Below the pieces are notes generated by a model. That model ran no database searches and had not been told where the DNA came from. It saw only the letters and a program-made list of their open reading frames with translations. Position numbers and translations under genes: made by a program. A stretch of DNA of 61,874 bases, filler included, from a bacterium (GTDB lineage Bacteria > JAMORN01), in the NCBI GenBank assembly GCA_027063545.1. It is 12 parts of 12 records of this genome, joined end to end, with 100 filler letters (N's around TTAATTAATTAA, not from the genome) between each part and the next. Parts side by side here need not be neighbours in the genome. Positions count along the whole stretch, not along the records: positions 59,160 to 61,874 come from JAMORN010000318.1; 11 more parts are not named here. One strand, 5' to 3'. This document shows positions 61,468-61,874 of the stretch, piece after piece (within the stretch, counting starts at the first letter, position 1; the number at the start of each line of letters is the position of its first letter).

Positions 61468-61874
61468 CTATTCGAAAATAATTGTACGATTTTTATAAAC
61501 TATTATTCTATGCTCCAAATGTAATTTTAATCCTTTAACCAAAAGAATCTTTTCCAAATCCCTTCCTTTTTTTATAAAACTTTCAATACTATCCTTATGA
61601 GATACCCTGACTACTTTCTGATCTATAATAGGTCCTCTATCAAGCTCTTCATTAACATAATGAACCGTTGCTCCTATTAATTTCACTCCTCTCTCATAAG
61701 CTCTATGATATGGTCTTGATCCCTCAAATGCTGGAAGAAAAGAATGATGAATATTTATAATCCTATCTCTATATTCATTAACAAAAAACTCTGATAAAAT
61801 TTGCATATATTTGGCTAACGTAATAACCTCTATATTACTTTCTTTTAGAATTTTTATCTCTTCTTTCTCTTTTT
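61468..61874 (-). CDS. purU: Formyltetrahydrofolate deformylase, C-terminal part
   Basis: LAKYMQILS, INIHHSFLPAF, RGVKLIGATVH. Confidence 0.93.
   Translation of the reverse strand, partial: KEKEEIKILKESNIEVITLAKYMQILSEFFVNEYRDRIINIHHSFLPAFEGSRPYHRAYERGVKLIGATVHYVNEELDRGPIIDQKVVRVSHKDSIESFIKKGRDLEKILLVKGLKLHLEHRIIVYKNRTIIFE

Overview
Very AT-rich bacterial DNA made of 12 unrelated contigs joined by 11 artificial 100-nt linkers (44 N + TTAATTAATTAA + 44 N), typical of a fragmented MAG/SAG. Gene order is meaningful only within a contig. lpxB and a hydE-like gene suggest a diderm anaerobe. Contig A (1-16896) is the replication-origin region: the F0 part of a Na+-type F-ATP synthase operon, bactofilin and M23 peptidase, parAB with two parS sites, rsmG, bcp, mnmG, mnmE, yidC, yidD, rnpA and rpmH, then dnaA, oriC, dnaN, recF and a dciA-like gene. 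Contig G (31710-47723) carries serA, a four-lipoprotein cluster, uvrB, trkA, purN, purC, PBP1A, lpxB, murA and tldD. The ~2.7-2.9 kb contigs carry a CDP-glycerol surface-polymer locus with nested IS256 remnants, metY/mnmA/hydE, an ABC peptide-binding protein, F-type conjugation genes (traC, traU), a complete 2626-bp circular iteron plasmid, type III CRISPR ancillary genes (CARF-wHTH, csx20, cas6; no array), an MCP with two hemerythrin domains, folB, gmhA, pseB and purU. The strongest candidates for something new are four. (1) A four-hairpin c subunit with no ion-binding glutamate sits next to a normal Na+ c subunit. (2) Two paralogous lipoproteins are built from nested CxxC 'metal ladders'. 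(3) A plasmid HTH/coiled-coil/membrane-anchor protein lies behind a helically phased GTATAA array. (4) DnaA lacks domains I-II and is flanked by variant TTATTAACA boxes. All calls come from reading motifs by eye; no database searches were run.
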